In this document: one piece after another, positions 1-12,100 of the stretch | How the letters are laid out: each line of letters starts with the position of its first letter | Position numbering within the stretch: the stretch's first letter is position 1 | Assembly: GCA_043228905.1 (NCBI GenBank) | Contig: JBHGNT010000004.1 | Location: 19,592,001-19,656,000, forward strand | Reading direction: 5' to 3' | DNA: 64,000 nucleotides | Source of the DNA: Azolla caroliniana | Lineage: Eukaryota; Plantae; Polypodiophyta | Position numbers and translations under genes: made by a program | Notes under the pieces: model-generated | Databases searched by the model: none | What the model was told of the DNA's origin: nothing | The model's input: the letters and a program-made list of their open reading frames with translations, nothing else

Positions 1-3000
1 TTGATAACTTACGATATCCATCGATAACCCATAAAAATGAAATAACTCATCAACGAGTTGGTAAGCCAATTCAGGAGCTGTTATTGGGGTTTTATTAGCA
101 ATAAATCTGGCCATTTTAGTTAGTCTATCAACCACAACCCAGATGGCATCATGGCCTTTTTTGTTGGGAGACAGGTCCCTCCGGATGGGAAGGGAGAAGA
201 ACAGTGCTGATAAGCAAACCGGATGAGGAGTACCCGGCTACGGAGAGCCGGATGGTGCAGACCCGGTGAGAACCGGATGAGGAGTACCCGGCTACGGAGA
301 GTCGGATGGTGTAGACCCGGTGAGAAGCGCTCTCCGGATGAAGAGACATATTTGTAAATATGTTTCTGAGAGTCCATCGTGGCTATATTTGTAAATAGCC
401 GAAAAGTCATATTAGTATAAATATGACTTAGGGCAAACCTTTTGTTGTTGTTGTCATTCTTGTTTTGCACGAGATTAGAGCGCGGAACTGTGTACAGAGA
501 GAGAGAGAGAGAAAGAGGTCGTCGCCTCTGTTGTAACCGCCGCCTGTGGCGAGGATCGTGAGCACGAGGTCGTTGCCTCCGTAAACTCACTGTTGTACAT
601 TCTAGCATAGTGATAGTTAGCAGCCTGTGGGCTACCGTGGTTTTTCCCCTTAGTTTGGGTTTTCCACGTAAACATCCTGTGCACTCCTTTCTTCTCCTTT
701 GTGTCATGTCGCTCATTATTTCCCGTTTTCTGTGTATGATTCTAAGCTCGGTTGTGGCCGAGCGTTGCGTATAGGGAGCGTTTAGTTACGACATTTTTGG
801 GTGCGAGGAAGGCTAACAATAAAATCCATGGATATACTTTCCCACTTATTTTTGGGAATGTCCAAGGGATGTAAAAGTCTTGCGGCTTTAAGTTGCTTGG
901 CTTTGTGAACCTAACATTGGTGACATTTAGTCACGTAGCTATGTATGTCAGGACGCATCTTAGGCCAATAGAATTGCGTGGAGATGAGAACGAGTGTACG
1001 ATGTATTCCAGGGTGCCCTGCTAAGGGTGCATCATGGCATTCAAAAAGAATTCTCTTTTTGACCTCAAGAAAATCTAGAACACAGACTTTCCCATTACGG
1101 TAGAGCAGACCATTAGCAATGTGGAAGGATTCCTTCGAGGATGTGGTGGTGTCTGTTCCAAACTCAACTCTTGCCCAGTATTTCTCAAAATAATTGTCAT
1201 CGGGATACTTTCCTCAAAGGTGATCATAAAGATCTGATGTTATTTCAATGAAGCTAAGCATGTTAACTTCACGGATGTGACTTAGTGCCCATCATGCCTT
1301 ACGACCTTTCAGGTCTTGTTGGTCACAAAAATATTTCAAGGACTCGTGGTCCGTAGTTACCACAAAACGATTTCCATAAAGATAATGGCGCCATGTTATG
1401 AGCGCATGTATAATTGCAAATAATTCCTTTTCTTGAACGGTATACCGCCATTGACCAGAATCAAGTTTCTTACTCTCGAATGTTATTGGTTTACCATCTT
1501 GATATAAGACAACACCTATAGCATAATCGTTTGCATCAGTTTCAACTTCAAAAAATTTTGAAGGATCAGGTAAAAGAAGCGAAGGAGTCTTGCACACCAG
1601 GTCCTTGAGTTCCTTAAAGGTGAGGTCTAGTGGAGCATTCCACACAATAGGTTTTGTCGACTTGCGCGTTTGACCTTTTAGAAGATCAGTAAACGCCGTA
1701 GTCAATTGGGAGTAATTACGAAGGGATTTTTGCAACAACCTGACAAAACCAACAAATAATCGAACTTCTCGAATATTTCGAAGAGTGGGCCAAAGATTGA
1801 TTTCTCGATGCGAGAATGATCAATTTCAACTCCTCGTTCGGTTATGAGATGTCCAAGATAAGTAATTGATTTCTTGAAGAACTCACATTTTGAGATCTTC
1901 GTATAGAATTGCTTGTCGCGTAATGTTTGTAAAACAAAGCAAACATGTTTAGCATGGTCTTGTAATGTAAGACTATAAACTAGAATATCATCCAAGAAAA
2001 TACCGACAAATTTTCCAAGTTGTTCTCAGAAAATGTCATTCATTTCTTGTTGAAATGTGGCCGGAGCATTGGTCAAACCAAAAGGCATAACCAAAAACTC
2101 ATAATGGCCATAGCGTGTACGAAATGTCATTTTAGGAACATCATCCTCACTTATACGAATTTGATAGTAGCCCGTACGAAGATCAAGTTTCGTAAAATAC
2201 CGAACTCCATGGAGACGGTCAATTAGATCGTCAACCCGGGGCAATGGATATGAATTCTTGATCGTCACTTTATTCAAGCGTCGGTAATTAATACACATAC
2301 GCCATGTGCCCTCTTTCTTTTTTACTAAGAGAACAGGTGCACCCCATGGAGATTTACTATAACGTATATAACCCATTCGTAAATAGTCCTTGAGTTGCTT
2401 AGATACCTCATCCTCTTCGGATCGACTTAAGCAATAAGGAGGTATAGTTATTGGTACAATGCCAGGTACGATATCTATACGATGGTCTATATTACGTTTA
2501 GAAGGTAACCCATGTTGTAGTTCACTCGGAAAAACATCATGAAAATCATTTAAGATTTTATCGAGGAGTTGTTGTTCAAAATATGTCAATTGACCCAAGA
2601 CGTTATCAATATTATAAACGTGAATGTTCAGATCAAGTACACAATAAAATAAATAAGAACAAGACAACTCAGATATTGGTGGAGAGGAAACAATCGAAAG
2701 GGATTGTTTATTTACACATTGAGAGTACAATCGTTTAGCACAAAGGAAATGGAATGATGAACCCAATCAATAGACAAAGAAGAGTTTTTATTATAAAACC
2801 AGGGATAACCCAGTATTACATCAATGGTACAAAGATTCATTACATGGAAGTCTACTTCCTCTACATAAGTATCAATAGAAATTCCAAATGAATGAATCGC
2901 CATGTTGATGTATTGTACTCTTCCATCAGCCAAGGGTGATCACCTTATTGGTGTGATCACTTACGGTCGGTTGGATTCCCCATATCTGAACCAAACGATC

Positions 3001-4190
3001 ATTCACACAATTGTGTGAGCTTCCCGAATCAAATAAAAATTGTACCAGAGATCCATTGACATACCCATTTGCATGTAGTAAATCATTGGGTCCCAATACA
3101 TAATCAGGGAAAGAACATTGACAATTACTTAAATGATGTGTATAGACCTCAAGGACATTAGGAATTTGACCTTTATGGTCTGCAACTTTTGCTTTGTTAT
3201 CATGCTCTTTCTGTTGGAGATTTCGACATTGTTCTTTTGTATGACCCTTCTTTTTGCAGAATATGCAAAAAGGATGTTGTCGCTTACAATCACGATCCAT
3301 GAATTCGTTGGGTGTCTTGTGTTTCCCAGCGAATTGCGAATGGTTAGTCCCGGCCGCTTCGTTGGGTTTTCTATGGTCCTTCTTCAAAGTGCGTTGATAG
3401 CGAAGAACTATTTCAACGGCCTCTTCGAAGGATTTTGGATCCTTATCGTGCACTATCCAATGATAGTCCGAATTGGGGATGCTATTGACAAAACAAGCTA
3501 CTAACCAATTGTCCCCTTCTAGACCCAAATTTTGGATTTGGGTTCTAGCATGGTGGACATAGTCTTCTAGCAAGGAAAACTTCGTGCTATCGAGGACCAT
3601 TAAAGCTTGTGCTGCCTCGGTTCAAGAGGGAGGTTACAGAAATTCGCCCTTAAAAACTGTGACAAAATGTGTCCAGGTATCGGGCAATTTCCCCAAAGTT
3701 CGAAGCCCACGCCACCAAGCGGCAGCCTTACCCCCTAGTTCTCGGCCAACATATGCAATCTTCATACTATCTGGCGTGGGATAGAGCTCAAAATGAGACT
3801 CCCATCGGCCCAACCACGTGCAGATTGCTTCTTCGGTTCTTTCCTTTTTTTCTCGCGTAAATGGCTTTACGACAAATGATGGTTCACCCTGACGCTCATC
3901 GGGTCTATTAGTGTCACATTGTAAACTAATGACACGTCGAGAGCACTTTGAGATTGCCGAAGTTCCGACATCTTATGAGTGGTTGAACTAAGGAAATTTT
4001 GTATTTGTAAGAAATACGACTCAATGGAGATTGCTCCAGGAGGATTTCCTTGAGTTCCTTCCGCTTGAGCAGATGACATCGGGTCATTATTCTGAGCCAT
4101 TGAATGATTATTTCTGGCAAAGAAATAGGATAAGGTCAGACAAATAGTCATAACGTCAAGTCGTGATGCAAACATATCATGGGCCAACAT
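1..4190 (-). mobile_element. Decayed Ty3/gypsy (chromovirus-like) element: gag, protease, RT, RNase H, integrase; continues off the left edge
   Basis: ORF fragments give the gag knuckle CIFCKKKGHTKEQC and protease FLFDSGSSHN (2926-3600), [15 protein letters not shown] and [18 protein letters not shown] (2026-2766), and RNase H VETDANDYAIG (1292-1738). The integrase SMDFIVSLPRTQK/GHDAIWVVVDRLTKMARF is split by the solo LTR at 162-793. Many stops and frameshifts. Confidence 0.9.
162..793 (+). mobile_element. Solo LTR of the Tnt1/Tork-like copia family
   Basis: Ends TGTTGGG...ACGACA, with 5-bp TSD TTTTT (157-161 / 794-798). Homologous to the LTRs at 26857, 39220 and 49475. Contains two 54-bp U3 repeats. 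Interrupts a gypsy integrase frame. Confidence 0.92.
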
Positions 4191-6199
4191 TAATCAATAT
4201 CATGATCTCACGTCAGTTCCCCTTCAGACGTATGAGATAAAGTTCAAGATCAGGTTACTATGGTAACACAAAGGTATTTTAAAAACCATGCGGGTGACAA
4301 ATGAATGTCTTTCCCTGATGTCTATATCGATTTTTTTCATGGCGGTTCCCCAAGGCTCAACCATGTATGTTCCCGTCATGAATAGTTTATACACAAAAAA
4401 AATATTAACAATAAACTATGTTTTTGTGCCCACATATGTGGTTTCAGCTCTTTAAGTCTTATTACGAGGACCCCAATGTGCACTTAGACTTAAAGTCTAA
4501 ACATGTATTATAGTCATATGTATCCATAGAAATGGTCGATTCTTTTGCGTTAGTTGAGTGAGGGGCAATACAATCTTTGAATAATCTTTGATGAACTAGC
4601 AATAAAAGTTTGCGAACCCCAAAAAACATTGTACATCTCACACAGACTGTGGCGTTTGCAAATCCAAAATTGTTTGAACCTTTGATGGATCCATAGAGAT
4701 GCCATTTGAAGAGACTATGTATCCCAAAAATTCCACTTGACACTGGTCGAAACTACACTTCTCCAATTTTGCATAGAGACCATATTCTCACAACCACGTC
4801 AAAACTTGGCGAACGTGTATCTCATCCTACTCTTGATTTTTTGAGTAGATCAAGGTATCATCCAAGTAAACTATGATGAAGATATCGAGGAAGTCTTGAA
4901 AAATGTCATTCGCCATATGTTGGAAAACTATTGGTGCATTCGTGAGACCAAATGGCATCATTGTATACTCAAAATGTCCATAGCGAGTGCGGAACACAGT
5001 CTTCCATTCATCCCCAGGATGAATTCAAACAAGGTTGTAGGGACCTCGAAGATCTCACTTTGTGAAATATTTTGCTTCGTTGAGGCGTTCCAAAAGGCTT
5101 GACATCAATGGTAGAGCATATCGGTTTCGAATAGTCACTTTATTCAAGCCCCGATAATCCATGAACATACGAAGCATACCATCTTTTTTCTTCACAAAAA
5201 AGATGGTTGCACCAATAGGAGATCGTGAATGTTGGATAAAACCATTTACCAAGTTCTCATCGGTATATTCACGAAGAACCTCTAACTCCGTGGGCGAAAG
5301 GTTATAAATTGACCCCCATGGAGACTCTTTTCCTTGCTGCAAATCAATCAGACAATCATATGGTCGATGCTCTAGTACTCTATTCGTCTTCACCTTATTG
5401 AACACATCAAAGAATTCTATGTACTTCTTTGGTAATTGGACCCCCAATTCTTGTGAGCTAGATGAGGAAATTGCTAAAACCGCAAACACCAACATGTCTT
5501 CCTTCCTTCCATCCTCATGTAACTTATGTATAGAGATTGTTGAAATCGTGTGGGATCCTAGACCCTTTGTTGGAGTTTCAAGAGACTCAGACTGTACCGT
5601 GACCTCTTCAATAGTTCTTTTTCTCCAATGAATAGTTGGGTTATGTAACTCAAACCAAGGAAGAACAAGAACTAGAGAGTGCTCTGGACTACTAATGATG
5701 TTGAATGAGATGACACTAGCCAAATTACCTAGGACTACACAAATTGGTTCAGACTCTTCGACTATATCACTTGATGCGATAGGGCGACCATCGATGACTC
5801 CTAAAGTTACTAGGTTTGGGAGCTTATTCAAGAGGATTTTTTAAGTCAATGCAAATTCGCGATCCATGAAACAAGAATTGGCTCCAGAATCTAGGAGGGT
5901 AGAGGCTAGAACTCGATGAGGTGTAGATGTTCTAAGCTCGACTTGTGTAGAAAAAACTCTACTACCTTGATTTGATGAAATGGAACCACAACTAGGTATT
6001 GACTCTACATATCTAGGATGGTCCAACCAAATGGCTCCTATTTTGGCCGGACTTATCGTTTAACAAATCCTCTAATTGGCTCAAGACATCAAATCTATTC
6101 TCAAGGCATGGGCTATTAGTCTTAGTACTTAAGTTATTAGAAATGATAGTAGAACTCGAGGTAGGATTGCCATGTGCACTTACTTGGTAAACTTGATGT

Positions 6200-6968
6200 T
6201 GTCGTAGTGTAATTCGCACACTACATGAAAATTGTATTTTTTTGTTCCTTCGGATGGGACAAGGAGGAACCGGTAAGGAGGACCCGGTAAGGAGACCCGG
6301 TAAGAACCAGATCAAGCAAAACCGGCAAGAGCCGGATAAAGAAGGCTAGTGAGAATCTCTCACCAGATGAAGAGACAAATTTGTAAAATAGAAGAAAATA
6401 TTTATTACATGCATAAGGCAAGATTCAAACCCTATACCTCCACGTAGATAAACCCCAACCTTACCATTGTACTAACTTATCCTAAGTGTTCTAAATCTAG
6501 ATTTAATACGTATAAGACCTTTATTTATGCCTATCTTTATTAAAAGGTAATTCATGCATTTTTAGAATGCATGAATACTTTATTTATAAGAGAAATGTAC
6601 ACCAATAAAAAATTACTCGTGCACATTTAGTGTGCATGAACACTTTCGAAAAAGCATGAAGCTATGCTTAGCCTCTTCCATCCTTATATAAGGAGGAGAG
6701 AAAGATGTATGGTGTTGTTGATTATTTTACAAGGATTGATCAATCTAATATACTCGTGGGATTCACGAGTTTATCCTCAAGATTCTCTTTCTTACAATCT
6801 AAATATTGATTAAAGACACTAAACACGTGGGATTCATAACTTTTATTTCTTACTTCTCTTTCTACCTATTCATAACTAGCCTTATATTGTATTCTTCATT
6901 CTCCTAGTCCAAAACCTCAGTGGTTCCCACCCGACTCACGCAACGATCTAGAGCCGAAAGGCACGACA
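6200..6968 (+). mobile_element. Solo LTR-like insertion (TGTCGT...ACGACA) with 4-bp TSD
   Basis: Terminal inverted TGTCGT/ACGACA; ATGT at 6196-6199 and 6969-6972; TATATAA near 6685; homologous to 28230-29038. Confidence 0.85.
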
Positions 6969-7994
6969 ATGTCTAGGTTTATGTGGACAATTCACCGCTT
7001 TATGTCCTGGACCACCACAATAGAGGCATAGGCGATGCACCCGCCGTCATTGTTTCTCAGCATCTGATAAGGGCCCTCGACGTTGTGTTGACTCTATCTC
7101 TATCAGAGGGGGACCATCCCTCATAACGAGTCTCGGAACTTGTGGCAGTGTTGCGACTATTGAACCGTACGTCTGTTCCGGTTGGCGGTGTAGCATTTGT
7201 TGACGTTTAGAATGTCGCTCAAATAGACGATTATCACATCGCACAACTCGACTAATGGCCTCTGTAAGAGACTTCGGATCTTCGTGGAAAGTAAGAAGAA
7301 GATCTTTGACATCGTTACGCAAACCCTGACGGAATTGATCCATTAAGGTTGCCTCATCCCAAGGGATGTCCCATGCCAAGAGATAGAAATCTGTTGCATA
7401 GGCCGAAGCGGGACGATCTCCTTGTCGGAGTCATCAAATCTTGTTTATTTCCGTCCTAGTGTTATCAGTGTCTCCAAAACTAGCTTGAAACTCAACGAAT
7501 CCCTCAAAATCCTCCAACAATGGTGATTTCTTCTCAAGAAGTGGTGCAAACCATGCTCATGTTGTACCGCTTAGTAAGGTTCCTACTAATCCCACACGAG
7601 CAGCATCAGTTGGGCACTGATTGGGATGTAACTGAATCACCAAATGGACTTGATTCAGGAAACCTCGAAACAGAGATCGAGTACCATCAAACTTGGTGGG
7701 GAGGCTAATCTTTGGTTCCCTTGGGGAGTTTTGAACCCCCACTACTTGTTCTCATAATGTTAATATAGTAGCCTCGAGTTGGTGAACCCATTGTGATAGC
7801 TCCTCATATTGATGAGCTTTCTCGGTACTCACTTGTTGTAGATCCCTGAGCAGCCTTTGATTTTCTTGCTCTAATGCCCCAAACTTAGTCGTGAGCATGT
7901 CGAGCTCAGAAAGGACACGCATATACTCTTGCTTGCTAACAGACTCTTTAATTAGGGTTATTGCAAAAGGAAAAAGAAAGGATTCAATTCAAAC

Positions 7995-8392
7995 TGTCGT
8001 GACTCGTGAGTAGGAGAGAGGGAGAGAGAGAGATAAGACGTGAAATGGAAATGAGATTATATTAGGAGGAAACAAGATTACAATGAGAAGGCTAAGGGCT
8101 AAAGACTAGTGTTGAACCGAATGAGTTGTGATGAATGAATGGACACTTATTTATAGATCCTTATGGAGTATTCTAGAATGTTCTAAAATATTTTAGATAT
8201 TTATGATAATAAATATAATAATGAAGTATTCAAGGATGTTCTAGAATAATCTAGAATGTTCTAAATATCTCATAATAACAAAAAATATAATTATTATAAT
8301 TACACATCATATATGTTATTACAATGGAGGGTTCAATACATAGACCAAGAAGTTGTGAGTTCAATTCCTGGTTAATGTATGTCTTCATGACA
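7995..8392 (-). repeat. 5' LTR of the gypsy element at 4480-8392, with a self-priming-type PBS at 7982-7992
   Basis: On the minus strand it reads TGTCATGA...TCACGACA; TATAAATA at 8148-8155; lies directly upstream of gag. Confidence 0.8.
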
Positions 8393-8399
8393 GAATATA

Positions 8400-8990
8400 T
8401 TCGTTAACGATTTCTTGAATTACTCTTTGAAATGTTGTGGGAGTTGTTTTCAATCCGAACATCATGACAACAACCACAAATACTCCCCATTAGTTACAAA
8501 GGCTATTTTTTTGGGATCCTGAGAATTCATGCGAACTTGATTATATCCACTGAAACCATCAAGAAAACTATAAATCTCGTGGCCGGCCACTACATCCAAA
8601 ATGTCATCTATAAATGGTAACGGAAATGCATCCGTTACTGTAGCCGCGTAGAGTTTTCTATAATCGACACACACCCTAATTTTACCATTTTTCCTACGAA
8701 CAACCACAATCAGACTTAACCAAGTTGCCTTCTTAACTGGTCAAATAAATCCGACTCTAAGTAATTTGTTGATCTCTTCTTTGACCTTGACCGCATAATT
8801 CGGATTTAGTCGGTATTGTCGCTGTTGTACCGGCTTTCCATCTTTGTGCAAATTTATCTAACGCTGACAAAATGTTGGATCCAAAACTTTCATATCCTCG
8901 AATGACCAGGCAAAGACATCCTTCTACTAAAGAACTGAATTTTTCAGCTTCTCTTTATTAGCCAATGGCATTTCCTTGGCTATTAATATA
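8400..8990 (-). mobile_element. Ty3/gypsy RT fragment (non-chromovirus-like)
   Basis: KNGKIRVCVDYRKL...DAFPLPFIDDILDVVAGHEIYSFLDGFSGYNQ (8462-8707). Confidence 0.85.
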
Positions 8991-9171
8991 GTCCTAGGTT
9001 CAAATTGGGACAACGTCCAAATTTTTCTAAACGCCTACAATGCCGATATGGATTCGAGAGGTGTGAATAAAGCTATGAGGCTGGAATACTTTTGTCGGGT
9101 GGTAGCTGAACCGATCTACAAAGAGGTAAAAGAGCTTCGAGAAGCTCATGATTCATGGGTGACGTTCAAGG

Positions 9172-12100
9172 TGTTGGGATTTCGGTCCCTCCGGATGGGA
9201 TGTCCGGAGATGAATGACGGCAAGCCCGGTTGCGGTTACGGAGCCGGATGATGAAGACCCCGGCTATGGAGCCGGATGATGAAGACCCCGGCTACGGAGC
9301 CGGATGATGAATACCCCGGCTACGGAGCCGGATGCTGAAGACCCCGGTTACAGAGCCGGATGACAAATGTACCCGGAGGGAGATCCGGATGCGGGGACAT
9401 ATTTGTGAATATGTTTGCCAAGAGCCCTTGAGGCTATATTTGTAAATAGCCCGAAAGTCATATGTGTATAAATATGACTTAGGGCAAACAGTTTATGTTG
9501 TTGCTCATTTTTCTGTTTTCCACTAAGAGGGAGCGTAGTGAGAGCAGCCGAGAGAGAGTGAGAGAGAAAGAGGAAGGAAGAGGTCGACGCCTCTGTGTAA
9601 TACCGCCGCCTGTGGCGAGGACAGCGAGCTCAAGGTCGTCGCCTTGCAGCTCGCCATTGTACATTCCCGCGTATAGTGATAGTTGGAGTCTTGCACTCCC
9701 GTGGTTTTTCCCATTTAGGGTTTTCCACGTAAAACATCCAGTGTACCCTTCTCTCTATTGTTTTTCGTGCATTGTTGTATTTCCCGTTTTCTGTGAATCG
9801 ATCCTGTTCCTCGGTTGTGGCCGAGCACGGAATTCCGACAAAGTGGTATCAGAGCGACGGTAACACAGAAAATGGAAGGCGGCAGCAGCGGGCAGCCGGG
9901 GATGATGGTGCTGAATGCGCAGAACTACGCCGACTGGAAGATAAAGATGGAGGATCTGCTCATTGTTCGGGACCTGTATGAACCGATCGACAGGTCGGAA
10001 ATACCCAAGGGGGTACTTGAGACGGAGTGGAGGCTTCTGAACCGGAAAGCCGTTGCAACCATTCGGCAATACGTCGACGTGAGCGTTCTACAACACGTGG
10101 CGAACGACACCAACGCATATGAGATGTGGAGGAAGCTGTCGGGCCTCTACGAGAGGAAGAATGCGTTGAACCGGACCTCCCTGATGAGAAAGATAGTGAA
10201 CCTCAAGTACCGGGACGGCGAGAGTATGGTGGAACACGTAAGCACGTTCATGGGATTCGTGAACCAACTTGCGGCGATCAAGTTCCCGTTGGAGGATGCA
10301 ATGCAAGCCATCATCCTGATGTGTACATTGCCGGACAGCTGGGAGAACTTGGTGGTGACTCTCAGCACCTCCTGCACCGAAGATAACTTGTCCCTACAAA
10401 CGGTAAAGACAAGTATTTTGAACGAAGAAGCGCGTCGGAGAGATAAAGAACCGGCCTCCGACTCGAAGGCGCTGCTTACCGAATCGGAACGGGGAAGACA
10501 ATGGAACCGGAGTCCGCAAAGACGGGAGAAGTCGGGGACCCGGTCGCAGTCAAGAGGAAGACCCACATGCTTCCACTGTGGGAAGCCGGGGCACTTCCGG
10601 AAGAATTGTCGGCATTACCGAAAGGACAACGGAGCCGACGACACGGATTCGAAGAAGTCACCGGAGAGAAACGGTGCATACCGGGGAGCCACGGACCGGA
10701 GAGGTCCGGATCGGCGAGGGCAGGACCGGAAAGGAACGACGGCACTCGCGGCAAGTGAAGAAGAGATAATGCTCATTACCGAAGAGAGGGAGCTGAACCT
10801 TGCCGGTGTAGAGATGACCTGGGTGGTCGATTCCGGAGCGTCGTTCCACCTGACCCCGGAGAAGAAATACTTCTCATCCTACACAGCCGGTGAGCATGGC
10901 TGTGTCCGGATGGGAAATGAAGGCACATGCCGGATTGCCGGCATAGGAGACGTGTGGCTGATGACATCAACCGGATGCAAGATGCTGCTAAAGGATGTGC
11001 GACACGTTCCGGAGGTCCGATTGAACCTGATCTCGGCCGGGAGGCTAGATGATGAAGGCTACACGGGTAGCATCCGGAACGGTGTCATGAAGTTCAGCAA
11101 GGGGAGCCTGATAGTGGCTCGGGCCCGGAAGGTCAACACACTGTACCTGATGAACTCCCGGCTATGTCCGGAAGAGCTGAATGTGGCAGCCGACACTGCC
11201 GGTGAGCTGTGGCACAAAAGACTGTGCCACATGAGTGAGAAGGGGATGAAGAGGCTTGCAGAAGACAACCTTATCCCAGTGAAGCATGTGCACCTGGAAA
11301 AGTGCACCGATTGCCTGGCCGGTAAGCAGAACCGAACCTCCTTCCACTCAAGGCCACCGACGAGACGTAGCGCACCATTGGAGTTGGTGCACACTGATGT
11401 GTGTCAGGTAGAAACGAAGTCACATGGCGGAGCCCAGTACTTCGTGACTTTCATTGATGATCACAGCCGGAAGCTGTGGACGGCACCGTTGAAGACAAAG
11501 GACCAAGTATTGTCCGTCTTCAAAGAACTCCACGCGAGAGTGGAAAGAGAATCCGGCAAGAAGCTGAAAGCGATACGAGCGGATAACGGAGGAGAATACC
11601 GGGGGCAGTTCGCGGAGTACTGTCGCTCGAAGGGGATCCGGCTCGAGTTTACTGTGCCGAAGACGCCGGAACTGAACGGGCTGGCCGAGAGGATGAACCG
11701 GACCATAATGGAGAGGGTCCGGAGTATGCTGGCGCATGCGAAATTACCCAAGGGGTTTTGGGCTGAGGCAATGTCGACGGCGACGTATGTGATAAATAGA
11801 TCACCCTCAGTACCTTTGGATGGAGACACGCCGCAGAAAGTGTGGACCGGTAAGGAAGTGTCCTACCGGCATCTGAAGGTGTTCGGGTGTCTCGTATACG
11901 TGCATGTGGCAAAGGACCGGAGAGGAAAGCTAGATCCAAAGACCCGGCCATGCATATTCCTCGGTTACGGCGACGACGAGTTCGGCTACCGAGTATGGGA
12001 CCCGGTCGACAAGAAGATATTCAGGAGTCGAGATATCATCTTCATGGAGAACAAGACACTCGCCGACTGGGAGTCGGAGAAGAAGATGAAGAGCTCCAAG

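Larger units (their letters stand above)
4480..8392 (-). mobile_element. Decayed, 3'-truncated Ty3/gypsy element of Tf1/sushi/Tcn1-like type, with its 5' LTR at 7995-8392
   Basis: Gag PKISLPTKFDGTRS (7557-7742) and WDEATLMDQFRQGL (7047-7379); knuckle CLYCGGPGHKAVNC near 7000; protease LLDSGANSCF; RT PIGATIFFVKKKDG, YLDD and FLGFANFY down to about 4520. Lineage name is an inference. Confidence 0.88.

Noticed and set aside
9241-9365. Hammerhead ribozyme or C/D box in the LTR repeats (GATGATGA)
   Set aside because: No CTGATGA plus GAAA core with three stems; only a simple hairpin.
9815-9871. ORF-track start for the 1376-aa polyprotein
   Set aside because: It is a non-ATG start inside the LTR; the ATG after the PBS at 9872 is preferred. 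Likewise 41852 is preferred over 41849.
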